Positions 1-11,472 of a stretch of 64,000 bases of DNA are shown here, piece by piece (positions within the stretch are counted from its first letter, which is position 1; every line of letters begins with the position of its first letter). Source of the DNA: Hemiscyllium ocellatum (lineage: Eukaryota). The stretch is taken from NCBI RefSeq assembly GCF_020745735.1, contig NC_083408.1, positions 93,898,484 to 93,962,483 of the forward strand, read 5' to 3'. A model generated the notes under the pieces. It searched no databases, was not told the origin of the DNA, and saw only the letters and a program-made list of their open reading frames with translations. The position numbers and the translations under genes are program-made.

Positions 1-224
1 GGCACTTGAAATGCTTGCTGAAAATGCAATAAACCCATATGCATACATATTCCCCATTACCTACCCGGTTAGTTGTAAACTCTAAAAGCTCCAATATTTA
101 TGTGAAGCACAATTTTGGTCTCTTTTCATGTAACATTCTCATCAACTGAGAGTTATGAATCATTATTTTTGCCATGTTAAAAATCACACACCAGGTTGTA
201 GTCCAACAGGTTTAATTGGAAGCA

Positions 225-259
225 CACTAGCTTTCGGAGCGATGCTCCTTCATCAGGTG
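225..259 (-). ncRNA. Minimal type I hammerhead ribozyme motif (PLE-associated), intact core
   Basis: Minus strand reads CAC-CTGATGA-A-GGAGC-ATC-GCTCC-GAAA-GC-TA-GTG. This gives the core CUGAUGA/GAAA, a 5-bp stem II, a palindromic loop-less stem III (AGCT), a CUA cleavage triplet and stem I CAC/GTG. Confidence 0.75.
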
Positions 260-526
260 ATAGTGGAGGGCTCGATCGTAACAGAATTTATAGCAAAAAT
301 TTGCAGTGTGATGTAACTGAAATTGTACATTGAAAAATTGATTGTCTGTTAAACCTTTCATCTGTTAGAATACAGTGATAGTTTCAGTGATAGAATACAG
401 TGAAACTATCACTGTATTCTAACAGATGAAAGGCTTAGCAGACAATCAATTTTTCAATGTATAATTCCAGTTACACAGTGCAAATTTTTGCTATAAATTC
501 TGTGTTACGATCGAGCCCTCCACTAT

Positions 527-561
527 CACCTGATGAAGGAGCTTCACTCTGAAAGCTAGTG
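527..561 (+). ncRNA. Hammerhead motif, stem II partly decayed
   Basis: CAC-CTGATGA-A-GGAGC-TTC-ACTCT-GAAA-GCTA-GTG. Mirror copy of 225-259 with transitions in stem II. Confidence 0.55.
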
Positions 562-580
562 TGCTTCCAATTAAACCTAT

Positions 581-671
581 TGTAAATGTAGGGGTATGGG
601 TGGGTGGCGGGTCGGTGTGGACTTGTTGGGCCGAAGGGCCTGTTTCCACACTGTAAGTCTAATCTAATCTA
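581..671 (+). mobile_element. HE1-type SINE 3' fragment
   Basis: GGGTCGGTGTGGACTTGTTGGGCCGAAGGGCCTGTTTCCACACTGT followed by a (TCTAA)n tail. It interrupts the right arm of the PLE. Confidence 0.85.
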
Positions 672-3119
672 ATAACCTGGTGTTGTGTGATTTTTAACTT
701 TGTACACTGCAGTTCAACACTGGCATCTCCAAATCATATTTTTGCCATGATAGCATAAAGGACCACGACAAGAAGCTTAATTCTAAGAATCACCTCAGTC
801 ATTATGAGGACACCTCAATCTGAGCCAACTGAGCTAACCAGCCCCTATCAATTCATCACTTTCATAAAACATTATTGTCTACGCTGATAAATTTTACCAT
901 GTTGTAATTCCATTATCATCATGCTGTATTTTAGAAATGGTTGTTTCCTTGGTAAGTTATAGAGTAACTATTAGAATCCAAGCTGGTTGTAGGATTGCTT
1001 TGGTATTTCACATTCTGCTAACAACATATACCATCACACTTAAATGAGAATGTACCCAGAATCATCTCTCTCTAGAGTTTGCTGTTATGTGATCTCTTAC
1101 ATCATGGCTGATCTAGGTGGTTCATTTTACATATTTGCCTGCTAATCCTTTACCCTACAGGAATGGTTCCACAAGTCAAAGAAGTTTTGGCTTGGTCTGC
1201 CAATCTAAAATTATAGTTTGTTTGTTCACACCTTTCAGGAGGATAATTTAGCACCTTGTTATATTTTGATGCAATTCCCATTTTAACGATTGTTGTAAAA
1301 GGCACACCATTGTTGCTTTGCTTATCTCGTGGAGCATGAGGACAAACAATTTCAGCAACTCAGAAATAAAAACAAAGTAGACAGAGAAACACTGTTAATG
1401 GCGCAGATCTTCCGAGAGGCAGTAGTCATTATTAGATTACAGCTCTGTTTGACAATTCTCCCAACACAATGCTGTTCTACATTTCTTTTGGGACCTTTTG
1501 AGACTGGCTTTTCTGGAAGCATAGAGCACAGTGATCCTTAGGAATTTCACTGAACTAGTGCGGAGTCAGGGGAAGAAAGTGCACACTTCCATTTATGAGA
1601 TTATCCACTGCATGGTAAATTTAAGTATCCAGTCTTAAAATGTTATTGAGTAGGTGAATGAGCAGGTGAATAGATGAATGAGTGCATGAGTACACAGGTA
1701 GTGAATGTGGGTGAGACTGGGTAGAAAGACAAGTGGGCAGGTGAGTCTTGCGATAGGTCTGTTTGGTGATGTGATCAGGTCTGATTGGTGGGGGGTGGTG
1801 GTGGTGATGTGAGCAAGTGGCTAGAGGATAATCGCATAAGCTTCTTCCCACTCTACTTCATCTCATCACGTCAACTTAATCTTCTATTCCTTTCTTCTTC
1901 ACTTCTTTAAATGCACCTGCACACTTTGCAGTACTCTAGGTTGTATCAAGTATCACATTCTAACCAATTTCTGATCAGAGGCATTTCTCCTGGAATCCTT
2001 ATTAGGTTTCTCAATGAATAGCTAACATTTATGATCTACGATCTCAGATTCTGAATTAAGCCACAACTGGAAACATTGGACTAGGGAAGAACCTGGGACC
2101 TTCTGTCTCAGTGTTAGACCACAAGGTGATAATAGTTTGGTCAAAAGGACAGTCATTTCCTTCACATTTGAACTTTCGATTTGGATCATCACAAATGGAA
2201 GCATATATTGGGAGCCTGGAGATGGCAGGATCTGCAGGAGTTTCCATCCATTCAATAATTTAAAAAAAACAGGTTAGATGTGCCTCGAGTCCCAAAGGTG
2301 CATTCATTCCATGCTGTACATTCAAAATCATGACAGCAGTTGCGTTTTTCACATTTGCTACTGTGCCAGATAAACTGTACAATTAAAGTTGTTTAACGGT
2401 TAATTTTAGTTAGAACATAAAAATTATGTAGATGCAGTAAATTTAAAAAAAAGAAAATCACCAATATTATGCTCGACATTTTGGTTTCCAGGTGCTGTTC
2501 CTTCACAATTATTTGAAAGTTGTGTCAGGGGTCTTTGTTTAATATTCATCAAGATTCTTTGCTGCAGACAACTTCCTGCCCCTGGCTGTTTCAAGGTCTT
2601 AACTGTTAACTGTGGTACAATGAAGCTCTCTTTTGGACCATCTGTAATCTTTCATGGCAAATTCTGAAATCTAAACAATTTATCATCGCAGACTGAACAG
2701 CATGACACCTGGTCGGGTGAAGGTAAACATACGACACAGTAAGCCAGGTATTTCAGACCATCTGCATGTTAACCCTTTGATTGGAATTTTCTTTTCCAAA
2801 AAAGTGCAAACATTTTCTACCTCATTATTTACTGCATCTTGTGGGGAAAAGTATACACTTTACTCGGGATTATATAGTCCAGTGACTAAGAGCTAAACTG
2901 GAGCCTGGAAAAGGTTCCATTCAAGGTCCCAAATCTCCATACTACCTACTAAGTTGCTTCTCTGGGCTGTTTCTCAGCTTCAGTCTATTTAGCTCTTAAC
3001 TGGGTATGAGTGCTGTTATGTAGCCATTTGGACCACACTGTGCAATGAACATCAATTCTCCTTTGGAATTGCACACTTTAAGTTACAAGCTAAAAGACCT
3101 CTTTAGTAATAAGGCAAAC

Positions 3120-3225
3120 GAACGGCAGATACTGGAGACCTGAAACGAAAACAGAAATTGCTGGGGAGACTCAGCAAATCTGGCAGCATCTATGGGAAGA
3201 AAACAATGTGACTTTTCATCAGAAC
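3120..3225 (-). mobile_element. Decayed PLE pLTR fragment
   Basis: GCAGATACTGGAGACCTGAAACGAAAACAGAAATTGCTGG...CTGGCAGCATCT matches the reverse complement of the PLE 3' tail at about 54095-54180. Confidence 0.6.
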
Positions 3226-4391
3226 ATCTGGAATGCCTTGCCAGCCAGGCAGTGGGAGCTGGCTGGCAGTATTGTCAAGATAGAGCTGGATAGACTCTTG
3301 ACTAGGGCAGTGATCACATCTCGTTGAAATGAATGAACTAACACATAGCAAGCCCATGGTCAATGCAACCTCTTGAGCTGGTTTTGCTTCAATGGTACAG
3401 ATGATGGAGTGGGGTGGAGATTACCAATGTTTTGAGGATAGAATTGGACAGATTTTCAATGGAAAGGATTGGGGATTCAAGTGAAAATGATTATATTTCT
3501 ATGCTTCGTTAACCCTTCTTAAAGTAATGATCAAATCTGGCTTAACCACATCACCAGCTACTGGGTTTCCATTGTTTTGCCAAATTTCTTCTGGGATGCA
3601 GTACAGGCTCCACATACTCACCACTACGTACTGTGACCATTGTAACCGGCAGAACACATTCATTCACAACCTCAGCACAAACTGAACATATCTATTCATA
3701 CCAGAATAAGCATGTTCTGAGCAACTGTTGACATATATTCCCCATCGCAAACAGTAGTTCCACCTTTCTGCTACATTTTCCTTTCATTTGCTGTTGCAAA
3801 TGTTTTGCTCCTCCCTCTGCTCATCTGAAAATCTCAGCCTTGCTTTGTTATACTCCACTGCACCCGGTCGCCCCCTCTTCTTTCCATTCTCCATGACCCG
3901 CTCCCCAAATGTTATCTGACCTGCTGTGCTTTTCCAGCGCCATCCTTTTTGAATTCATAAATATCAGTTTATTCAAACATTTGTCCTGATTAAGAATGCG
4001 AAACAAATTTATGTTTCTCACCTTTCCATTTAAATCTCTCCAGAATCCCTTCAGATCTTAGTTTGCATCTGCAGAAGGCAATGCACACTAACTCCATTTG
4101 AATCATGTATTGAGCAAGTTCAGTCCACCTGAATAAAGACAATCTAGTATAAAACCAAATGAATGTTCATTCTAACTCCCACACTTTCCATTGCTGTCAT
4201 TCTAACTATCAGCAGAGTAGCTGTGCCTTGAAGCCACTCTCTGAAATTCTACATCATTCCATTTGCATTGTATTTCAAGATTTATCCTGTGGTGATGTGG
4301 TAATGTCATTGGATTCGGATTCTAAACACTCTGGAAACAACAAAATCAAATCCTATCACAGCAGCTGGTGAAGCTTAAATTCAAATAGCCT

Positions 4392-4505
4392 TAGGGTTGA
4401 TGCAGTGGCAGTGTCCCTAGCCATGGATCAGGAGGTCCATGTTCAAGTCCCACCTGTTCCAGAGTTGTGTAATAACATCTGTGAACAGGTTGATTGGAAA
4501 ACTAG
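4392..4505 (+). mobile_element. Short tRNA-derived SINE relic
   Basis: A-box-like GATGCAGTGG and B-box-like GTTCAAGTCC. A related, more decayed copy lies near 46770-46875. Confidence 0.45.
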
Positions 4506-5709
4506 GTTAAAAAGAAAATTCCTTTGACGAATCTTCATTTTACATGTTTCATTGCATTCTTGGCTTTGATCCAATTTCTTACACTTCTATAAACCATCCC
4601 AGAATGTCCCTTTATTTAAAACCATTAAGTGTAAACTTCTGCTTTTTAACTATGATTAGTTACTACAGACAATATTATTTGAGACAAGTTATTGTTCCGA
4701 AGGTAAAAGGAAATCAGAAATGAAAATTGGTATTAATCTTCTGCAGATCAAAACGATGAAAAATCTTGACATTGAATACAGAACTTGATATTGCTAGTGA
4801 AAGGTACAGCTACTTCACTTGACTTATCATTCGGATTGTTTACGATGATACTTCACTGTAACTGCTATCAGGACATAATTGCACTAGTAAAATTAGGGTG
4901 GCAGAACAATAGATTATCTTTATATGATAAAATAAGTGCAAATGGATTGATTTTGTTCTGGAAAAGATGGATAAAGGGGAAATTACTGTCATAGTAATTA
5001 ACATGCTTGATATTTTTCACAAGTGGATTTGCTTTGTAGTGCGAACAGCTGTTCCCACTCTTTTAGAAAAGCATCTTGTACCCTATTTGCACATTTACTG
5101 CAGATTCACACTAAATTTTAACATATGAATGGCATCAGCTTATTTTGTTGAATTTGGAATTCTTAAAAAACTTGCTATTTGACCATGCGTTCTGAAACAG
5201 TAAATACTTACAAGTTACCTTAATAAAATGTTTAAAACGTACTTTGTTTACAGATTGCACATAGACATCAAATGCTTTTCTGCAAAATTCCATGTTCTAC
5301 AAAATGCTGTACAGAAATTAGGACATTGTTCTTTTGTTAAAGTTTAAATGCAGTGGTGAATCCAGTTATTTAGAGATGGTTACTGAATTCCGTAAAACAG
5401 CAGAAAGAGCACTTGTATGCAAATACATTGGCAGGTATAAAGCTATCATGTGAAGTTTCTTTTAAAATCTCTCCCAGGTGCTCACTCAGAACAATTTTGA
5501 TGTCCTTATTTTACCTTCAATTGAGTTTCAACTTTACTTTTTGAACCTATCACCAAGATTTCCTATTTATTCATCCATATCGTATGTTTGTTCATGAACC
5601 GAAGCTCTCCTCCGCCAGTAGTCAAACTGTCAGTCTAACTTTATCACCTCCAGCTTCAACTCCTTCAATTCTCTTTTTACTGGCCTTGCAAGTTTATTTG
5701 CTTCATTAA

Positions 5710-6150
5710 TGGGCACATGTGCATCAATGACAAGCCAAACATTTATTAATTATCCTAATCTGCCCTTGAGATGGCTTCAGCCTATAAGGTGAAAACACTT
5801 AAGGTGAAAGGCCCAGGATTGTGATCCACTGATGAAGAGAGGAACATATTTCCAGGCCACTTGGTCAGAGAACTTACAGTTAGCAGTGTTTGCATGCACC
5901 TTCACCTCTCATCCTTCTATATGGTAAAAGTAATGACTTTGGAGCATGTCAAAGAAGTCCGAGTGGGTTTCTACACTGCATCTTATGGATGGCATATACT
6001 GCAGCCAATGAGCTAGTGGTGGTGGGAGTGAATGTGTAAGGTGGTGAATTAGATGCCAATCAAGATGCACTTCTGGCATATTGTTGGAGTTGCACTCATC
6101 CGTATAAATGGAAAATCTTCCCTTACACACCTAACATTTGTTTTTAAGGA
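5710..6150 (-). mobile_element. 3' part of a common unclassified shark non-LTR element
   Basis: Same family as 15275-15588 (+), 29795-29950, 39925-40370, 43770-43930 and 57275-58020. Shared motifs resemble GCCAGCATTTATTGCCCATC and GCACTCATCCAGGCAAGTGGA. Confidence 0.55.
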
Positions 6151-6154
6151 GTCA

Positions 6155-7055
6155 GAAAGGAGGGAAGTGAGGGGAATGGAGGTGGAGGAAATGACGAAGG
6201 AACCGCCACCTCCAAACAGACCCCACCACCAAGGATATATTTCCCTCCCCACCCCTATCAGCATTCCAGAAAGACCACTCCCTCCGTGACTCCCTCGTCA
6301 GATCCACACACCCCACCAACCCAACCTCCACTCCCGGCACCTTCCTCTGCAACCGCAAGAAATGAGAAACTTGCGCCCACACCCCCCCCCCCCCCCCCCC
6401 ACTTACTTCCCTCCAAGGCCCCAAGGGATCCTTCCATATCTGTCAGAAATTCACCTGCACCTCCACACACATCATTTACTTCATCCGCTGCACCCAATGT
6501 GGCCTCCTATATGTTGGGGAGACAGGCTGCCTAAATGCGGAACGTTTCAGAGAACACCTCTGGGACACCCGCACCAACCAACCCAACCGCCCCGTGGCTG
6601 AACACTAACTCCCCCTCCCACTCCGCCAAGGACATGCAGGTCCTTAGCCTCCTCCAGCGCCAGATCATGGCAACACGACGCCTGGAGGAAGAGCGCTTCA
6701 TCTTCCGCCTAGGAACCCTCCAACCACAAGGGATGAATGCAGATTTCTCCAGCTTTCTCATTTCCCCTTCCCCCACCCTTTCTCAATCCAACTCTCAGAC
6801 TCAGCACCGCCTTCTTGACCTGCAATCTTCTTCCCGACCTCTCCGCCCCCACCTCCTCTCTGGCCTATTCCCCTCACCTTAACCTCCTCCCACCTATCGT
6901 ATTCCCAACGCCTCTCCCCTAAGTCCCTCCTCCCTACCTTTTATCTTACCATGCTTGGCACACCCTCCTCATTCCTGAAGAAGGGCTTATGGCCGAAATG
7001 TCGATTCTCATGTTCCTTTGATGCTGCCTGACTGTTGCGCTTTTCCAGTAACACA
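6155..7055 (+). mobile_element. Penelope-like retroelement (Neptune-type) 3' portion: GIY-YIG endonuclease pseudogene, 3'UTR and pLTR
   Basis: Frame-corrected translation: CNRKK*ETCAH...KFTCTSTHIIYFIRCTQCGLLYVGETG...ERFREH...PVAEH-NSPSHS...RRLEEERFIFRLGTLQPQGMN. A hammerhead-like CTGAAGA-A-GGGC-TTAT-GGCC-GAAA lies at about 6975-6998. Confidence 0.9.
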
Positions 7056-7208
7056 CTGAAATTAGATTGATGAGTTGATGATTTCTCAGATTAAATTTAT
7101 GCCACTGTTATTCTGAATGGAGCATAGCTGATCAAGTTCCAAACTACACTTAAGTCAACTCACCTCAGGCTCCTCCATCCACAACCTGTGACTGACTAAG
7201 TCACACTT

Positions 7209-7295
7209 AGAGTCATAGAGATGTACAGCATGGAAACAGACCCTTCGGTTCAATCCATCCACGCCGACCAGATATCCCAACCCAATCTAGTCCAA
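7209..7295 (-). mobile_element. CR1/HER1 extreme 3' end
   Basis: AGAGTCATAGAGATGTACAGCATGGAAACAGACCCTTCGG, the same terminus as the copy at 22428. Confidence 0.8.
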
Positions 7296-7639
7296 GTAAG
7301 GATAAAGTGTGCTTTCTTAAAGCTGAGTAGTGTAACCAATCAAATTACATCTGGAACATATCACCTTACACTTGCCATTAAATTAAAAAAAGACTTAGGT
7401 CTAGGCTATCTTGATAAATTTGAAGAGGGTTTGGTCTGGTCCATAACAACAGAGTGACATTCCTCTTGGAGATGTGTGCCCATGTGACCACAGGGCCACA
7501 CTTCAGGGTATACTATTACAATCAGCACCACCTGAGCCTCTGTAGCTTTCTTCACACTCACCAACTATTTTGTTCTAACCAACATTCATTGAATGATTTC
7601 ACAACAAAAACCTAAAATACAAGCTCATCAGGTAATACG

Positions 7640-8245
7640 GAAGATAAACGGACTAAGGCCTATATTTCAAAGGGAATGAAGAATTAAAATAAGAAGGTAT
7701 TACTAAAATTATACAATGTATGACTCAGAGCATTCCTGGAATGCTGTGAACAATTTTGATCCACTTATCTCAGGAAAGAAGTACTGGCATTGGCAACAAT
7801 CCAAAGGATGTCCAGTGCTTTGCATCCAGGTATAGAGGACTTTCTTATGATAAGAGATTGAGTTGATTGGGCTTGTCCTCACCAGATTTAGAAGAGATTG
7901 GCAGGCTAGATACAGAAAGGTTGTGGGAGAGTCTGGGACCAGAGAATACAATCTCAAAGTAAGGGGTCGCCTATTTAAAAGAAAGATGAGGAGAAATTTC
8001 TTTTCTCAGAGTGTAGCGAATCTGTAGATTATCTTATAGAAGCTTGCTGAGGCTGCATTGTTGAGTATATTCAAGGCTAAAATAGACTTTTGTTTAATTA
8101 CTAAGGGAATCAAAGGATATGGGGGAAAAGCAAGAACTTAGGGTTGAGGATTGACAAACTAGCCATGATCTCATTGAATGGTGGAGCATACGTAGCATTA
8201 TGTATGGCCTACACTGCTCCTAAATCTTACATTGTTATGGTCTAA
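7640..8245 (+). mobile_element. CR1 LINE 3' fragment (decayed)
   Basis: Degenerate ORF2 C-terminus (GAGGAGAAATTTCTTTTCTCAGAGTGTAG) and 3'UTR AGCCATGATCTCATTGAATGGTGGAGCA. Confidence 0.75.
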
Positions 8246-8739
8246 TGGCTCTTTATCCAGTCACACAGATAGTTCAGAATCTTTGCCCTCGCTTGTAAAT
8301 TCTTCCCAGACCTTGTCCAATCCTACATACTCAGTATTCTCCAGTACTAGGTGGCGGTCTGCACCCTCCAGTCTTCCGACTCTGGCTCCTTTACATTCAC
8401 TAGCCACTCTGGTCCATCTTTCAAAGGCTAGATCCTATATTTGGAGCACTCTCTGCAAATCCCTTCCTTTGTTATCCTTTTCTCTACTTTCAAATGTATT
8501 TTGAAAAGCTATCTTTTTGACCATGATTTCAGTCAATAAGCCTCAACCTATCACTAATCAGTGCTAGTCCTCCCCTGTATGAAGTACCTTGGGATGCTTT
8601 TACAACAGTAAAAACAGCACTGGAAATGAAACTTGTCTTTGAACGTTTGTGAGCTAATTTTCTTTCAGTAGTTTCAAGACCTGTAAGGGAACATCATGTG
8701 GAAATCAATATCTGAATCAATTGACTATATAAATAACAG

Positions 8740-9190
8740 TGACAACTTCCATTTATATAGTGCCTTTAATGTAGAAAACCATCACAAAGCACTTCACACA
8801 ACCATAATCAAACAAAAATGGGTGTCGTACAGCAGACAAAGAGGAGCAACTGAAAGCATGATCAAATAAATAGATTTTAAGCAAGTCTTAAGTGGTTGAG
8901 AAAATGTTTGAGAAGGGCAGAACAGAATTCCAAAGTTTGAGATTTTGATGGCTGAAAGTACTTACGTAAATCATGTGGCAACAGAAATGGGTTTGGTAAG
9001 GTTTATCCCAACCCCAAGCCCTAACCTTAACTTTAACTCTTTCTCAGATAAGGTCAAACTTGAAACAAGAACATAGGTTCTTAGAGGGTATATGGCTGGA
9101 GAAAAATAACAAGATATGGAGGGACTGAGACCATTAATGGTTTTGAAAATTAGACTTTTGGATACCAGGAGGCACTGAAGGTCAGCCATT
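8740..9190 (-). mobile_element. L2-like LINE 3' relic
   Basis: CATTTATATAGTGCCTTTAATGTAG...CACAAAGCACTTCACA is the antisense L2/DeuSINE-type tail. The minus translation LIFKTINGLSPS resembles the L2 RT C-terminus. Confidence 0.5.
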
Positions 9191-9204
9191 ACATATAAGA
9201 CTAT

Positions 9205-9385
9205 AGATATAGAGTAGAATTAGGCCACTCAGCCCGTCAGGTAAGCTCTGCCACTCAATCATGGCTGATAGGTTTCTCAATCCCATTCTCTTGCCTTATC
9301 CCCCATAATCCTTGATCCCATTTATTAATCAAAAACCTATATATATCTCTATTTTAGAGATATTCAATGACTTGGCCTCCACAGC
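9205..9385 (-). mobile_element. CR1 3' end
   Basis: GGCCACTCAGCCC...CAATCATGGCTGAT...GACTTGGCCTCCACAGCC, the antisense of a CR1 3'UTR. Confidence 0.7.
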
Positions 9386-10639
9386 CATATATTGCATTGA
9401 TGCACATGATTAGTTTAACAAGATTGAATTATACTGTTGCAATTTATTTTGTGGTTTGCCTACTGTCTTCATAACTGGAAACATCTCGCTTAGCGAAGCT
9501 GAGCCAACATGGATCTCCACCAGTGGTCATAATCAATGGTTGAAGATTTGAGTTGACACAGGGGTTCCACTGGCTTGTAATTGCCTCGAAGTGTAAAGGT
9601 ATTCAGAACATTGGTAATGTTCCTGCTGTCAGTCTATCTCCTTAGAAATGCTGGGGCCTTTGCTGACAGGGTTTTGTGGATCAGCATAGGAAGGATGCTA
9701 GTCTCTCAATGAAAGAGCCACCTATTTTGTGCCTCATGAGTAAATCTGTCTTGCAGATGAATCATCAGCAACATGTTGGTATCCAGCATTCCTATAAGCC
9801 TCCAATACTGGATTGCTGAAATTCCACAGCAGATCAACTCAGTTCCAGGCAGGTTGTTCTGAAGCTAGCTTGATCCCAAAGAAACTTTAGTAACTTTCCT
9901 CACACCCATCAAGTAGACGCAGTTGTAAACTTAATACAGTCCAGATATTTGAATCTTCCTATTCATATAGAGAGAGTTTTGTTTCAAGCTGAGAAAATTC
10001 CAAAACCAGCAAATAAACTGTTCACCCGTAATGAAAAGAATTCAGTGAAGGATCATAGCTCGACTGAAAACATTGACAGATTATTGAAGAGCAGGATATG
10101 ATAAACTAGAAAATAGAACATAAACAAAAACTTTATCATTCAAGATTATAAAAGATTACATGTATGGTTGAAGGAAAACACAGCAAAGTAACATGAGAAT
10201 GGGACAGGTCAATATAATAAGGAGGGAAAGGGAAGTTTAACACAACGGAATGCCATGGGGTCTTTATCCTAGTTTTTTTTTGCATTTAATTTTTTTGTCT
10301 TTCAATGTAAGTACAATATATTTGAGAGACTGTATCAGATACATATCCTAGAAATTAATCTGAGCCATTTCACATCATCAAAAAAGGGAGAATGCAATCC
10401 AACCAAACCTGGATTTGCTGCTCCATAAACATTATGTCACTCAGGGAGAGGGTAAACTTTTGTCTTTTGATAATTATTTCACAATTATTTAGATTGTTTG
10501 CCTCTTTAAGCTTTTTTTTTGTCTAATGGTCTCTTTAGACCAGAAATATTTGAAACTGCTGAAATATTTAAAGTAAATTGCTTGAACCACAACACTGACA
10601 ATATTTATCTAAAATAAGACAGACATGGCAAGCATTTAT

Positions 10640-10985
10640 AGCCAATTAAGTATTTTTTTGAAGAACTGTCACTCCTGTGATATAAGAAATGCAACAGGCA
10701 ATTTGTATGCAGAAATGTTCAGTAAGCAGCAATGAGATAATGGCCAGATAATCTGTTTTAGCATTGTTGGATGACAAACAAATATTAACCAGGATACTGA
10801 TAACTCCCTGCTGTTCTTTAAATACTGCTTTTTACATCCACTCAAAAGGATGATGTTTGGTTAATAATGTATCCAAAAATCAATAAATCTGCCAGTATGG
10901 CTCAAGTTATGCACTCAAGTCTCTGGAATTCTATTTTGACACACTGTTAAATGAGAGATGGAGAGAGCTATCTTAAAGACCCTCA
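10640..10985 (-). mobile_element. DeuSINE (SacSINE1/AmnSINE1-like) relic
   Basis: CAGCAATGAGATAATGGCCAGATAATCTGTTTTAG...AATATTAACCAGGA...TTTTACATCCAC is the reverse complement of the central domain seen at 25085-25420. Confidence 0.7.
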
Positions 10986-11089
10986 CATTGTAAACGGAAA
11001 GCAACAAGGCAAAGTAAGAACATTGACAGTTTATGGTCCTGGGAAAGAAAGAGAGAGAGTAATCAGATAAGGGAATGAATTTTAACAAA

Positions 11090-11472
11090 CAAGAATGAGA
11101 ATTAAGGTTCTCAATAGGCTTAAAAAGGTCTTTGATAAGTAAATGAGCAGATTTTTCTACTTGTGTGGAAGTCTCTAAATTGGAAACATTGCTACAGAAT
11201 AAGATATCACACTTTTTAAACTGAGATGCAAAGGAATTTCTTCTGCCAGAGGATAGTGAATGTTTGTCATTCTCTACCCCTGAGAGTCTAGCGATTAAAT
11301 CACTAGAAGTATTTTAAGAGGAAGTAGATAGGTATTTGAAATATCAGGGACCTCATTGCTACTGGCTGGATTGAGGGAGGAGTTGAGGCTGAGGACAGAT
11401 CGGCCAAAATCTTGTTGAATGGTGAAGCAGGCTCAAGGGGCTGAATGTCCTTCTCCTGCTCCTGTTTCTTAT
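11090..11472 (+). mobile_element. CR1 3' fragment
   Basis: GAGATGCAAAGGAATTTCTTCTGCCAGAGGATAGTGAAT and 3'UTR TTGAATGGTGAAGCAGGCTCAAGGGGCTGAATG. Confidence 0.75.

Larger units (their letters stand above)
177..736. mobile_element. Penelope-like (PLE) pseudo-LTR fold-back element, non-autonomous, with a nested HE1 fragment
   Basis: Left arm 177-386 is the reverse complement of the arm starting at 401, with a 14-nt spacer. The 13-bp direct repeat TATTTTTGCCATG flanks it (164-176, 737-749). Both arms carry a hammerhead motif. Confidence 0.85.

Noticed and set aside
800-846. tRNA-like start on the minus strand (GGCTGGTTAGCTCAGTTGG)
   Set aside because: Only the A-box arm is present, with no cloverleaf or B box. 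Probably a SINE head relic.
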